Part shown: positions 38,074-48,900 of the stretch, piece after piece
How positions within the stretch are numbered: the stretch's first letter is position 1
How the letters are laid out: every line of letters starts with the position of its first letter
Assembly (NCBI GenBank): GCA_965195285.1
Contig: CBDAFS010000034.1
Span: forward strand, 1-64,000
Length of the DNA: 64,000 bases
From: an uncultured Aminicenantes bacterium
Lineage (GTDB): Bacteria > Acidobacteriota > Aminicenantia > UBA2199
Direction of reading: 5' to 3'
Notes under the pieces: model-generated
Told to the model about the DNA's origin: nothing
What the model saw: the letters and a program-made list of their open reading frames with translations, nothing else
The model's database searches: none
Made by a program: the position numbers and the translations under genes

Positions 38074-40527
38074 ATGAATTCATTTCCAAAACAGTCACAG
38101 GTAGTAATTATTGGCGGAGGAGTTATTGGTTGTTCGGTTGCCTATCACCTGGCCCATATGGGTCTGAAGGATGTTGTGCTTTTAGAAAGAGATCAACTCA
38201 CCTCCGGGACGACCTGGCACGCGGCTGGCCTGATGGTTACATTCGGGTCAAGCTCTGAAGTATCCACAGAAATGCGCAAATACACCAAAGACCTCTATTC
38301 ACGGCTGGAGGCAGAGACCGGGCTCTCAACCGGTTTCAAACCAATTGGTTTTATAGAAGCGGCCGCAGATAAGGACAGGCTGGAGGAATACAGGCGTATT
38401 GCCACATTTAACAGGTATTGCGGGGTTGATGTCGAGGAGATATCTCCGAAAGAGATAAAGGATTTTTTCCCCCTGGCCAGGGTAGATGACCTGCTGGCCG
38501 GATTTTATGTAAAAGAAGACGGCCGGGTTAATCCTGTAGATGCTACCATGGCACTTGCAAAAGGGGCCAGAATGCAGGGAGCCAGAATATTCGAAGGTGT
38601 TCCTGCAACAGGTATACTTAAAAAAAATGGTGCTGTTACCGGTGTTAAAACCTCCCGGGGCGATATCCAATGTGAATATGTTGTAAACTGCGCCGGCATG
38701 TGGGCCAGACAGCTTGGAGATATGGCCGGAGTGAATATACCCAACCAGGCTGCAGAACACTATTATGTCATCACAGAAGAATTGAAAGACCTCCCGCCAA
38801 ACATGCCCATCCTGGAGGACCCGTCACACCACGGCTACTACAGGGAAGAGATTGGCGGTATAATGGTAGGATTGTTTGAACCTGTCTGTGCTCCCTGGAG
38901 CATTAAACGTGTTCCTGAAAATTTTTCATTCGGAGAGATAAATCCCGACTGGGAAAGGATGGGGCCATTTGTAGAAAAGGCGATGTCCAGGGTGCCGATC
39001 ACAATGGAGGTTGGAATTAAAACCTTTTTCTGCGGGCCCGAAAGTTTTACTCCTGATCTGCAGGCAATAGTCGGGGAAGCACCGGAGCTAAAAAACTATT
39101 TTGTCGCCGCCGGTTTGAATTCGATTGGGATCATTGTTGGAGGAGGTCTGGGCCGTATAATGGCCCACTGGATTCTCAATGGACAGCCCGATGTTGATAT
39201 AACCGGCTTTAATATCGACAGGCTCCATCCGTATCAGAACAATCCCGAATATAGAAAACACCGCACAGTCGAATCCCTTGGAATGGTCTACCAGTGTCAT
39301 TACCCGTTTAAATCACTGCAGACAGCCCGGGGTGCTAAGAAACCACCCTTTTATGACCGGCTGGCTGCCCGGGGAGCCTATTTCAAGGATGTGAGCGGCT
39401 GGGAGGGGGCAGATTGGTATGCCCCCCCGGGCCAAGAGGCAAAAGTGGAAAAACACTGCTGGGGCCGTGAAAACTGGTTTCCCTACTGGGAGGCTGAACA
39501 CAGAGCGACCCGAGAGAATGTGATCCTGATGGATATGTCATTCATGTCAAAGTTTATGGTCCAAGGTCCGGATGCGGGAAAGGCGTTGAATTATATTTCC
39601 GCCAACGAAGTAGACGAGAAAGTCAATCGGATTACCTACACCCAGTGGCTAAATGAACATGGAAGACTCGAAGCAGACCTAACCGTGTCCAAACTGAGTG
39701 AGGAAAAATATATGGTAGTGGCCACCGATAACATGTACGGGCATGCAAAGACCTGGCTGCAACGACATATTCCTCCAGATGCCCATGCATTTGTTACGGA
39801 CATGACATCAGCTTTCGGTCAACTGAACATTCAGGGACCAAGGTCACGGGACTTGATGCAGGCCATCACTACAACTGATATGTCCAATGAATCATTTCCC
39901 TTCAGGCATATCCGGGAGATTGATATCGGTTATGCCCGGGTCCTCTGCATTCGCATCACCTACCTGGGCGAACTCGGCTACGAGCTTTACATACCGGCCG
40001 AACAGGCGGTTCATGTCTATGACATCATTGTTGAGGCCGGGAAAAAATTCGACCTGAGGCATGCCGGGCTTAAGGCTCTTGCCAGCCTGAGAATGGAAAA
40101 AGGATACCGCGATTACGGGCACGACATTGACAACACCGATAACCCTTATGAAGCCGGTCTCGGATTTGCAATAAACCTGAAAAAAGAGGCAGATTTTATC
40201 GGCAAGGCTGCCTGTCGCAAATTTAAAGAAGAAGGTGACAAAACAAGACGATTGGCTCAGATCCTGGTAAAGGACCCTGAACCGTTTTTATTCCATGCCG
40301 AGGTTGTCAAAAGAAACGGTAAAGCAGTTGGATATGTCAGGTCCGGTTCTTACGGTTTTACCCTCGGCGGAGCTGTCGGCCTTTTCATGATAGAAGCTGG
40401 TGAACCAATAGGCAAAAGTTATATAAAGGATGCAAAATGGGAAGTTGAGATCGCTGGTAAAACCTATCCTGCAGAGGCCTCACTGAGACCTCTTTACGAT
40501 CCCAAGATGGAGAGGATAAAGTCCTAA
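38074..40527 (+). CDS. FAD-dependent oxidoreductase with GcvT domain (sarcosine/dimethylglycine dehydrogenase family)
   Basis: IIGGGVIG, SGTTWHAAG, GPESFTPD, TYLGELGYEL, SLRMEKGY. Confidence 0.92.
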   Translation: MNSFPKQSQVVIIGGGVIGCSVAYHLAHMGLKDVVLLERDQLTSGTTWHAAGLMVTFGSSSEVSTEMRKYTKDLYSRLEAETGLSTGFKPIGFIEAAADKDRLEEYRRIATFNRYCGVDVEEISPKEIKDFFPLARVDDLLAGFYVKEDGRVNPVDATMALAKGARMQGARIFEGVPATGILKKNGAVTGVKTSRGDIQCEYVVNCAGMWARQLGDMAGVNIPNQAAEHYYVITEELKDLPPNMPILEDPSHHGYYREEIGGIMVGLFEPVCAPWSIKRVPENFSFGEINPDWERMGPFVEKAMSRVPITMEVGIKTFFCGPESFTPDLQAIVGEAPELKNYFVAAGLNSIGIIVGGGLGRIMAHWILNGQPDVDITGFNIDRLHPYQNNPEYRKHRTVESLGMVYQCHYPFKSLQTARGAKKPPFYDRLAARGAYFKDVSGWEGADWYAPPGQEAKVEKHCWGRENWFPYWEAEHRATRENVILMDMSFMSKFMVQGPDAGKALNYISANEVDEKVNRITYTQWLNEHGRLEADLTVSKLSEEKYMVVATDNMYGHAKTWLQRHIPPDAHAFVTDMTSAFGQLNIQGPRSRDLMQAITTTDMSNESFPFRHIREIDIGYARVLCIRITYLGELGYELYIPAEQAVHVYDIIVEAGKKFDLRHAGLKALASLRMEKGYRDYGHDIDNTDNPYEAGLGFAINLKKEADFIGKAACRKFKEEGDKTRRLAQILVKDPEPFLFHAEVVKRNGKAVGYVRSGSYGFTLGGAVGLFMIEAGEPIGKSYIKDAKWEVEIAGKTYPAEASLRPLYDPKMERIKS

Positions 40528-40545
40528 AATGCAAAAGGAAATAAA

Positions 40546-41244
40546 ATGGCCATGAACAATTTTTCGACCCGAGCATTTATCGAAGCTATCAACGATTATT
40601 TTTTCCTGTTAAACCGGGGATACCCGGAAAAAGCCGGATTAAAGCTGGTGGGGAACCGCCACCGGCTCTCGGGAAATCAGCGCAATTGCCTATACCGGGG
40701 AATTACCTCCCGACTCAAAGCACGCAATCGAAAATCAAAACTAACTCAAAACTTGAAAAATCAGTTCATCCATATAGACGGGTATAATGTAATGTTTACC
40801 ATCATGAATTACTTGTTAGGCAAAACCACCTTTATCGCCAATGACGGTCTGATGAGGGATTCCGGAGCGGCCTACGGAAAAATTGAGGATGAAAAGATTT
40901 TTTTTCGAGCAGCCCATCTGCTGTTCGATTATCTCTCCGGGACCCATGCCCGGGAAACCATCATATACCTGGACACCACAGTGGAAAACTGTGAAAATCA
41001 TAAAATGAAACTTGAAACAGAGCGGACCCGCCACAACAGCTCTGGAACAATATTACTTTTAAAACATGCGGACACCAGATTAAAAGAGATCAAGGACGGC
41101 ATCGTGGCTACCTCGGATTCAGAAATCATCGACTCTTTTTCCGGAAGAATTGTTGATGCTGCCAGGCAAACATTGAGGCAGGCATTCAAAATCAAGATGA
41201 CTGATCTGAAGAGTTTATTAAGATATAAAAAGCAAAGCCGTTAA
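40546..41244 (+). CDS. DUF434 domain-containing protein
   Basis: FLLNRGYP...LVGNRHRL, IDGYNV, DGLMRD, VATSDS. Confidence 0.85.
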   Translation: MAMNNFSTRAFIEAINDYFFLLNRGYPEKAGLKLVGNRHRLSGNQRNCLYRGITSRLKARNRKSKLTQNLKNQFIHIDGYNVMFTIMNYLLGKTTFIANDGLMRDSGAAYGKIEDEKIFFRAAHLLFDYLSGTHARETIIYLDTTVENCENHKMKLETERTRHNSSGTILLLKHADTRLKEIKDGIVATSDSEIIDSFSGRIVDAARQTLRQAFKIKMTDLKSLLRYKKQSR

Positions 41245-41276
41245 TAATACGATTAAAAAAACTATTCGGGAAGTTG

Positions 41277-41325
41277 TTTAAAATTTTCTCAATAATCTGG
41301 GGAAAAATTGCCTCAGGTCATCAAA
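41277..41325 (+). repeat. 49-bp direct repeat copy 1 (displaced 3' end of RND gene)
   Basis: 46/49 identical to 42847..42895; minus strand reads FDDLRQFFPRLLRKF*. Confidence 0.92.
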
Positions 41326-41627
41326 CAGAGTGAAAAAAACTTAGTTTGCCTATCTCAGATTTATATTTGTCTTTTGCATTTATTTGGTAAGCATCATCCG
41401 GAATTGCGGTCTCAAGAGAAGGCCAGATCTTCTCTATTTTGTCATTGCGAATAATTACAGTTTGATTTTTAGTGACATCTTCGCTATCCATTGGAACGAT
41501 ATTTACATTCATAAAAGCGACAGGTTGATTGGATTTGTAATTTGAATCGGAACGACAACTTAATAGGAGTAACAATGTAAAAAATAAAACTAATTTGGAT
41601 AAAATATTGATTGTTATTTTATTTCAA
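41321..41627 (-). pseudogene. N-terminal fragment of an amidohydrolase-family lipoprotein
   Basis: LLSC lipobox, AFMNVNIVPM...QTVIIRNDKIEKI...INAKDKY, breaking off just before the expected xxPGLxDxHxH; start out of frame with the SD-proximal TTG. Confidence 0.7.
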
Positions 41628-42079
41628 CGTATAAACTCCAAAGATGTTTTGTTATTCCTGTGTCAATTTTTTATTGCGGCAAGAGAATTGGAATTGTTTT
41701 CTATCCTTTTTTGTATCGGATTGGGAATCCGAATGACCCATGCCCAAAAAAAAGGAATTTCTTATCTGTCCGTCATCCTGCCATGCCTTGGTATTTTGAA
41801 ACTTGAGGCTTTATAAAAAAATTCATATCTCCTTTCGGAATAAAAAAGATGAAGTGTTCAGTTTTTGTCGGGAGATATTGTCTGATTCAAAGGAATCAAA
41901 GGCGATAAGTATCAGATTGGGATTCAATTTAGTGAGTTGTTTAAAGAAAAACTCCGTTTTTAACACCTTATAGAAAAATTACATCAATTAATTTTTAATG
42001 TTATAAAAATTTATTTTTAGCTACAATTTCATTTTTATTGGTTTATTCATAAGATTAATATCAGTCAATCCAATGATAA

Positions 42080-42141
42080 TGTCTTATTTAGATTACAAAA
42101 TGTAAAAAACTCTTGACATTTAGTAAAATGTACTTTATATT
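42080..42141 (+). promoter_or_regulatory. sigma70 promoter with three XRE-type operators
   Basis: TTGACA(42113-42118)-17bp-TATATT; 18-bp pseudo-palindromes starting at 42080, 42101 and 42122. Confidence 0.65.
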
Positions 42142-42166
42142 TTAATAAAATTTTTAAGAGGTAAAA

Positions 42167-42388
42167 ATGGAATTAAAAAATTGTTTAAAAGTCTGGAGAG
42201 CAAAAAGAGACATCACTCAAGAAAAACTTGCCCTATCGGTCGGTCTGAGTAGGCAAACCATTAATTCTATTGAAAGGGGACGTTTCATTCCGTCTGTATT
42301 ATCTGCATTAAAAATTGCGAATTTTTTCAAGGTAAACATAGAAGAAATTTTTTATTTAAAGGAGGACGAAAATGAAACTAAAAGGTAA
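42167..42388 (+). CDS. XRE family helix-turn-helix transcriptional regulator
   Basis: ITQEKLALSVGLSRQTINSIERGRFIPS...IEEIF. Confidence 0.93.
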   Translation: MELKNCLKVWRAKRDITQEKLALSVGLSRQTINSIERGRFIPSVLSALKIANFFKVNIEEIFYLKEDENETKR

Positions 42389-42710
42389 CTATTACTGGTT
42401 TTTTTCAATGGTATTACTATCCGGTATAATTGCATATCCATTGATGTTAAAATTCGGTGCTGTTAAAGGGATACTGCTATCTTTTATACCATTTTTCATT
42501 GGCCTGATCACTACAAATTATAAATTTAAAGCCGATGAAAGAGATATGCAATTGGTTCACCGGATTGATAGTTATTCCTCAATTCTACTCACCATTGTTA
42601 TGGCGATCATATATCTTTACTTTCCATCTTTGAACTGGTTTTTTGTATTCATAGCTTCTGCAGGGATTTCCAGAGGGATTTCAGGGTTAATTATCTTTTC
42701 TATGAACTGA
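42372..42710 (+). CDS. small membrane protein (4 TM, DER motif) coupled to XRE regulator
   Basis: hydrophobic helices, ADERD, GGAGG SD, overlap with XRE gene. Confidence 0.7.
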   Translation: MKLKGNYYWFFSMVLLSGIIAYPLMLKFGAVKGILLSFIPFFIGLITTNYKFKADERDMQLVHRIDSYSSILLTIVMAIIYLYFPSLNWFFVFIASAGISRGISGLIIFSMN

Positions 42711-42846
42711 GGATATTATTGACTTTTTATTGGATTTGAAAATGTGCGTCCATTTTAAATTAGGAATGGATGATGGGATTATATATAATTGTATATATAC
42801 TTTTGAATAAAAAAGTAAACCTGGAAAAATTTTGTTTCAGGATACC

Positions 42847-42895
42847 TTTAAAATTTTCTCAGCAATCTGGGGAAAAAATGCCTCAGGTCATCAAA
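42847..42895 (+). repeat. 49-bp direct repeat copy 2 (current 3' end of RND gene)
   Basis: 46/49 identical to 41277..41325; minus strand reads FDDLRHFFPRLLRKF*. Confidence 0.92.
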
Positions 42896-45800
42896 ATAGG
42901 TGTATAAGACCGGTACGGCAAACAGGGTCAGGAAAGTGGAACTGATCAAACCGCCGATCAGTGTAATTCCCATGGGCGCATAGGGCATACCGATCAGGCC
43001 GGTATTGCTGACCGCCATGGGAAACAATCCGAAAATAGTGGTAAAAGCAGTCATCAGGATGGGACGGAAACGGTGCATGGCTGCCACCAGGATGGCCTGT
43101 TCCCGGCCCATGCCGCTCTTGCGGTACTGGTTGATCAGGTCAATCAGAACAATGGCATTGTTAACCACCACCCCGATTAACACCACCAGACCGATACCGG
43201 CAAAAATCTCAAATGTGGTTCCGGTAATGAACAACAGCCAGTAGGAGCCCACAAATGCAGCCGGGATGGACACCAGCACGGTCAGGGGCAGAACAAAGCT
43301 CTCGAATAACACCCCCATGATCAGAAAAACGAACACGACGGAAAAGATCAGGGCTGTGTCCAGATCCTGAAACGCATTTTCAAACCGCCGGGACCGGGCC
43401 CCCTTATTATAGGAATAGCCGGTGGGGAAGCGGAAGCTTTTGAAAATATTGTCCAGTTTGGCGGAAATCTCCTTCATATCGGCATCACCGGTATAAATTT
43501 TCATTTCCAGGGTGGACTTACCGTTTTCCCTTCGGATATTCCCCTTGCTCTTGTGATAGGTCAGGTTGGCCAGCGAGATCAGATTGGTGCCGGTATTGTT
43601 TTCGGTGGCGATAAAGGTATTCTTCAGCTGGGCCACGGTTTCTCTCTGATCCGGCCGGGTTTTGACAAAAATTTCTATTTCCTTTTCCGGGGTCTGGTAG
43701 TTGGAAATCTTTCGCTTGCTGAGATTAAACCGCACAAGCTGACTGAGAAAAAATGGATTGACCCCGATATTGAAGGCCTTTTCCCGGTCAATGGCAATAT
43801 GAATTTCATCATTACCGGTCTCGGTATCGGTATCGATGGTTAATACGCCCGGAACCAGTTTCAACTGTTTTTCCAGCTCGGTGGCCAGATCATCCATTAC
43901 CCCGGTATCGTAGCCGCTCAGCGTATAGGTCAGGGCACCCTCGCTGGGCCCCTGCTGTTCGCTCCAGCTGGTTCTCATCCTCACACCCGGGATTACCGGA
44001 AGGTTTTTCTTGATATCTTCGGTCAATTCCTCCCGGGTCATGCGCCGGTAACTGCTCAACCCCAGCGTCCTGACTATTTTCCGGTAAATAACGTCATACC
44101 ATTGTTTGTCACGGTCCGGTTTCATATAGATTTCAATCCGGCCGCGAAAGGCCCTCACCCGGGTGGATATGTGGTCAATATGGTAAACATCCTTTTTTTC
44201 CATGATTTTATTCACAACGTAGTTCAGGGTTTTATCCACCTTATCCAGGGTGTAATTGCTGGGAAAATTGCAGATTACCCTGGCATCCCGGATCCCGCCC
44301 TCGGCCACATCGGTCTTCTTGATGCTGTTTATGGGAATGACCATACTGAAAATGACCAGCAGGATAATGATCAGGGCATTGACCCGGTTTTTCAGGATTT
44401 TAACCAGTAAGTCCTGGTATTTCTGGGTGAAAACACTATGGGTGGAATGAATGGCTTTTACTTTTTTTGGAATGGCCTTGATAGAACCCAGGGGGATAAG
44501 GATCAGGGCAATGAAAAGGCTGGCCAGCAGAGCAAAGATCACCGGCAATCCGATCCGGGTCAAATAAAAGGTCAGGAACATATTTCCGCCCATCACCATC
44601 AGGGGCAGGAACACCACCACCGTGGTCAGGGTAGCCATGATAATGGCCATCCCCACTTCGGATGCCCCCATAAGCGCAGCCTTCCTGGTTTTGTACCCCA
44701 GTCCGTTAAAACGGTAAATATTTTCGGTAATCACGATGGAATTATCCACCACCAAACCGATGGAGATCATCAGACCCATCATGGTAAACCCGTTCAAAGT
44801 CCAGCCCAGAGTATATATCACCATGACCGATACCAGTAATGACAGTGGAATAGCCAGGGTCAGCATCAGGGTAATCCGGAATCGTCTCAGAAATAAAAAC
44901 AACACAAAAAAGGCAAAGATGCCCCCCCAGAGCATGGTGGTCTGGACATTTCCGATGGAATCATTGATCAGTTCACCCTGGTTGAAGAAAATGAAATAAT
45001 TGACCCCCTTCAACTCCGAATATTCCGAAAATTGGGCCTCCAGTTTTTCAACCAGGTCCCGGCATACGTCCACGGTATTGGCCTCGCTCTCTTTGTACAG
45101 CACCAGGCCGGCCGCGATTTTTCCATCCACCCGCATCATGCTGGTTATTTCTTCATCAAAATCATAGACAATATCGGCGATATTTTCCAGGCGCACCCCA
45201 TTGCCGATTTCAATTTTTTTAATATCCTCCAGACTGCTGAAACGGGATTTCGAGCGCAATAGATATTTTTTTTTGCCAACGTACACATAACCGTGGGACA
45301 TGGCAAAATTATCCCTCATTAATCGGTTCATCAATTGATAGAGATTGACATTATAGGTTTTGACCTTATCGGTATCCAGAATAATCTGCACATACTTTTC
45401 CCGCAGGCCGAAGATTTCCGAGTTGGCCACACCCTTTATTCCGTCCATGGGCATTTTGATGAATCGTTCGGTCACATAGTACGGGTCCAGCACATCTTTA
45501 TCGTAGGAAATTCCCATATAGATCACCGGGTCATCATTGGAGCGAAACCGGCGGATATAAAAATACTCAATTTCATTGGGCAAAAAAGGCCTGGCCCGCT
45601 CCAATCGGTCACTGACCTGGGTATAGGCCAGGTCCATGTTGGTTCCCTGGGAAAACTCCAGCCAGAACCAGCACCCCCGGTTGGAAGAATTGCTGAATAC
45701 CCGCTTCAGGTTCTTGATGGTTTTAACCTCCCCTTCCACGGGCTTGACGATCTGTTCCTCGATTTCCTTGGGGTTGCCATCCCCGTAGGGAATCCAGACA

Positions 45801-45964
45801 CCCAGAAACGGAGCACTTAATCCCGAGGGCATCAGGTCCAGCTTGATGCGGGAATAGGAAATAAAACCCACCACCAGGATGGCCAACAGAATCATGGTTA
45901 CCGTCACCGGTCTTCTGATGGAAAACCTGGGCAACATGCGTTCGGTTATCTTTGGTTCGGTCAT
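42848..45964 (-). CDS. RND efflux transporter permease (AcrB/MdtBC family)
   Basis: RRPVTV, GLVVDNSIVITENI, VNNAIVL, RFRPILMT. Confidence 0.93.
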   Translation of the reverse strand: MTEPKITERMLPRFSIRRPVTVTMILLAILVVGFISYSRIKLDLMPSGLSAPFLGVWIPYGDGNPKEIEEQIVKPVEGEVKTIKNLKRVFSNSSNRGCWFWLEFSQGTNMDLAYTQVSDRLERARPFLPNEIEYFYIRRFRSNDDPVIYMGISYDKDVLDPYYVTERFIKMPMDGIKGVANSEIFGLREKYVQIILDTDKVKTYNVNLYQLMNRLMRDNFAMSHGYVYVGKKKYLLRSKSRFSSLEDIKKIEIGNGVRLENIADIVYDFDEEITSMMRVDGKIAAGLVLYKESEANTVDVCRDLVEKLEAQFSEYSELKGVNYFIFFNQGELINDSIGNVQTTMLWGGIFAFFVLFLFLRRFRITLMLTLAIPLSLLVSVMVIYTLGWTLNGFTMMGLMISIGLVVDNSIVITENIYRFNGLGYKTRKAALMGASEVGMAIIMATLTTVVVFLPLMVMGGNMFLTFYLTRIGLPVIFALLASLFIALILIPLGSIKAIPKKVKAIHSTHSVFTQKYQDLLVKILKNRVNALIIILLVIFSMVIPINSIKKTDVAEGGIRDARVICNFPSNYTLDKVDKTLNYVVNKIMEKKDVYHIDHISTRVRAFRGRIEIYMKPDRDKQWYDVIYRKIVRTLGLSSYRRMTREELTEDIKKNLPVIPGVRMRTSWSEQQGPSEGALTYTLSGYDTGVMDDLATELEKQLKLVPGVLTIDTDTETGNDEIHIAIDREKAFNIGVNPFFLSQLVRFNLSKRKISNYQTPEKEIEIFVKTRPDQRETVAQLKNTFIATENNTGTNLISLANLTYHKSKGNIRRENGKSTLEMKIYTGDADMKEISAKLDNIFKSFRFPTGYSYNKGARSRRFENAFQDLDTALIFSVVFVFLIMGVLFESFVLPLTVLVSIPAAFVGSYWLLFITGTTFEIFAGIGLVVLIGVVVNNAIVLIDLINQYRKSGMGREQAILVAAMHRFRPILMTAFTTIFGLFPMAVSNTGLIGMPYAPMGITLIGGLISSTFLTLFAVPVLYTYFDDLRHFFPRLLRKF

Positions 45965-45972
45965 TTTACTGT

Positions 45973-48900
45973 TTATTTACTGAATTTATTATACACGACC
46001 GGGATTAAAATCAGGCTTAAGAAGGTGGCACTCAGCAAACCTGCAATGATGGAAACGGCCATGGGTGCCCGGATCTCAGTTCCTTCACCCAATCCAACGG
46101 CCATGGGGAACAGTCCTAATACCGTGGTAAAGGTGGTAATCAAAATCGGCCGCAACCGGACCCGGCCGGCCTGTTTAATGGCTTCCAGTTTCTCCATTCC
46201 CCGCTTACGCAGGGTATTGATGTAATCTATCAACACAATGGCGTTATTCACCACAATTCCCACCAGAACAATCATCCCGATATAAACGGTGATACCAATA
46301 GGAATGTTCAACACAAACAGGGTAATGAAAACCCCGATAAAGGCCATGGGAATGGTAAACAAAATCAGGAAGGGATGCAGAAAGGATTCAAACTGGGAAG
46401 CCATGACAATGTAAACCAGGAACATGGCCAGGATCATGGCCATGGCCAGGCTATTCATCGACGTTTTCATCTCCTTGTTCTGGCCGGTCAACTCATAGCT
46501 AAACTCCGGAGGTAAGGGGTAATTTTGGACCACATCGTAAATTTTTTCCACGGCATCCTTCAAGCTGATATCCGCAATATTGGCAGAAATGATGGCTGAA
46601 CGATCCTGATCCACCCGTCGGATCTCATTGGGTCCGCTCCGTATCGAGACATTGGCCACACTGCTCAGGGGAATGGGCACCTCACCACCGGGATTCACGA
46701 TCAGGTTTTTGATGTTTTCCGCCCGGCGTCGTTGATCATCCCTCAGGTAAACCCGGACATCGATACGCTTGTCCTTTTCCTTGAATTTGGTGGCCACAAA
46801 GCCCTCAACCTTGTTCTTAATCAGGCTGGCCACATCATAGGCATTCATGCCAAAATGGGATAATTTCATCCGGTTAAACTCTATCACCAGTTCCGGAAAT
46901 CCCGGCTTGACACTGCTCTGGACATCTTTCAAACCAGGCAGGCGGGCAATTTTTTCATACACCTCCCGGCTGATCCGGCGCAGCTGGGCCAGGTTGTATC
47001 CCTTGATCACCACTTCGACCGGGGGCTTCATGCTGAATAAAACCGGCCGGGAAATATTGTAATCCATGTCGGTAAAATTTTTCAACACACCACGAATATT
47101 ATCGATAACCATCTCTTCGGATTTTTGCAGCTTGCGGCTCTTCTTGATGTTGACGGTAACCTTACCAATATGCTCGCCCACTTCCTCTTCGCTAAGCTCC
47201 TCCTTGGTGGTCCCGGCAAAAAAACTGAGACTGTCAACCAGGGCTAGCCCGCTGATCTCTTGGCTGATGCGCTGCAGCGTGCTATCACTCTTTTCCACCG
47301 GGGTTCCCACCGGGAAGGTCACATTCACATAGATGGTGCCCTGATGGACCTCCGGTATCAACTCGCTACCTATCTGGGGTAAAATCACCAATATGGTGAT
47401 CAGAAAAAGCACCACAACGGTTCCCATGATTTTCATGTCATTCTTCAATGAAGCGGCCAGTAATCTGGGGTAGCCCTTATACAGGAATTCCAGTAATTTG
47501 TTGAAAACCAGTTTGACCAGATTGACCAGAAATCCAAAAACCGTTAAAAATAGGATTCCGAGTCCTTTCACAAAAACAATTCCCATACCCAGCCAGGAAA
47601 TTACCAACCGAACAAAGCCAAAAACAAACCCGGTCAGCACAAAGCGGAAGACATAATAAAGAAAGGAGAAAACCTTATTAATGGCGATCCACAACAGAAT
47701 CGGAATCAGAAAAATATTTTTTTTCAGGGGGAACCAGCGGGATTTAATTCTTTTTGCCTTTTCGCTCATGGATTCCACAAAATGGTGAAAGAGGCGGATC
47801 ACCATGAAATCATCCCACAGTAGTTTTTTCTTTTCGAATTTGGCTTCCACCCAGCGGATGAATTGGACTCCATATTTTTTCAAGCCCAGCGGAACCAGCA
47901 GAGGATATAGCAGTATAAAAATGGCGGAAATCAACAGCAGGGTCAGAACAACCGCCAGGTTGAAAAACAGAACGGCCAGGTAACCAATGGTCTGAATGAC
48001 TATCAGGACATAATTTTTAACTGATTTTTCCTTTTCAAAATGAAAGGAAAACTGTCTCATCTCCAGGTATTTTTTCCGATCGATTTTACGAGAGGCCAGC
48101 ATGGGGATAAAGAAAAGAGAAACCATCAGAGAGGCCAGCAAAGAAAACACCACTGCCAGGGAAAGATCCCCGAATACCTGGCCCGCAATCCCCTCCACAA
48201 AAACAATGGGGAAAAATACAGCGATGGTGGTCAGGGTGGAGGCGGTTACCGCTCCTCCAACCTCAGACACCCCGCGAATTGCAGACTCCACCCAATCATC
48301 ACCCTCTTCCCGGCAGCGGAAAATACTCTCCATGACCACGATGGAGTTATCCACCAGCATGCCGATCCCCAGGGCCAGTCCTCCCAGTGACATGATGTTC
48401 AGGCTGACCTGAAAAATATTGAGAGGGGCAAAAGTGGCAATAATGGAAATGGGAATGGATACCGCCACGATCAGGGTGGTGCTAAAATGCTGCAAGAACA
48501 GAAACAAAATAATGACAGCCAGAATTCCACCGATTAAAGCGGTGTTTCGGACCTCATTAATGGAATTCTGAATAAATATGGATTGATCAGCTAAAATATG
48601 ATATTGAATGCTGCCGGGCAGACGGTAGGCAATAAAATCGGTCATCCGTTTTTCCAGTAATATTTGCTGAAAGGATTTTTTGGCCTGGGGCTTCTGTTTC
48701 TCCAGTTCCTTGGTAAATTTCTGCTGTTCCGGAGTTCCCAGCAGCCTCTCCTTGACCCGGGTACAAACGTCAACGATATTGGCATCCGCTTCCTTGAAGA
48801 CATTGACCTCGATACTTTCCCTCTTGTTGACCCGGGTAATAACCCTTCTCTCTTTGTGGCTGTAGGACACCTCGGCAATATCTTTCAGCCGCACCGAAAC

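Larger units (their letters stand above)
41326..42846. mobile_element. 1.5-kb AT-rich genomic islet integrated at the 3' end of an RND gene (no recombinase present)
   Basis: bounded by 49-bp direct repeats; sharply AT-richer; contains a gene fragment and an XRE cassette. Confidence 0.7.

Noticed and set aside
41595-41816. 73-aa plus-strand ORF in the islet
   Set aside because: TTG start, no SD, overlaps the pseudogene start antisense; likely spurious
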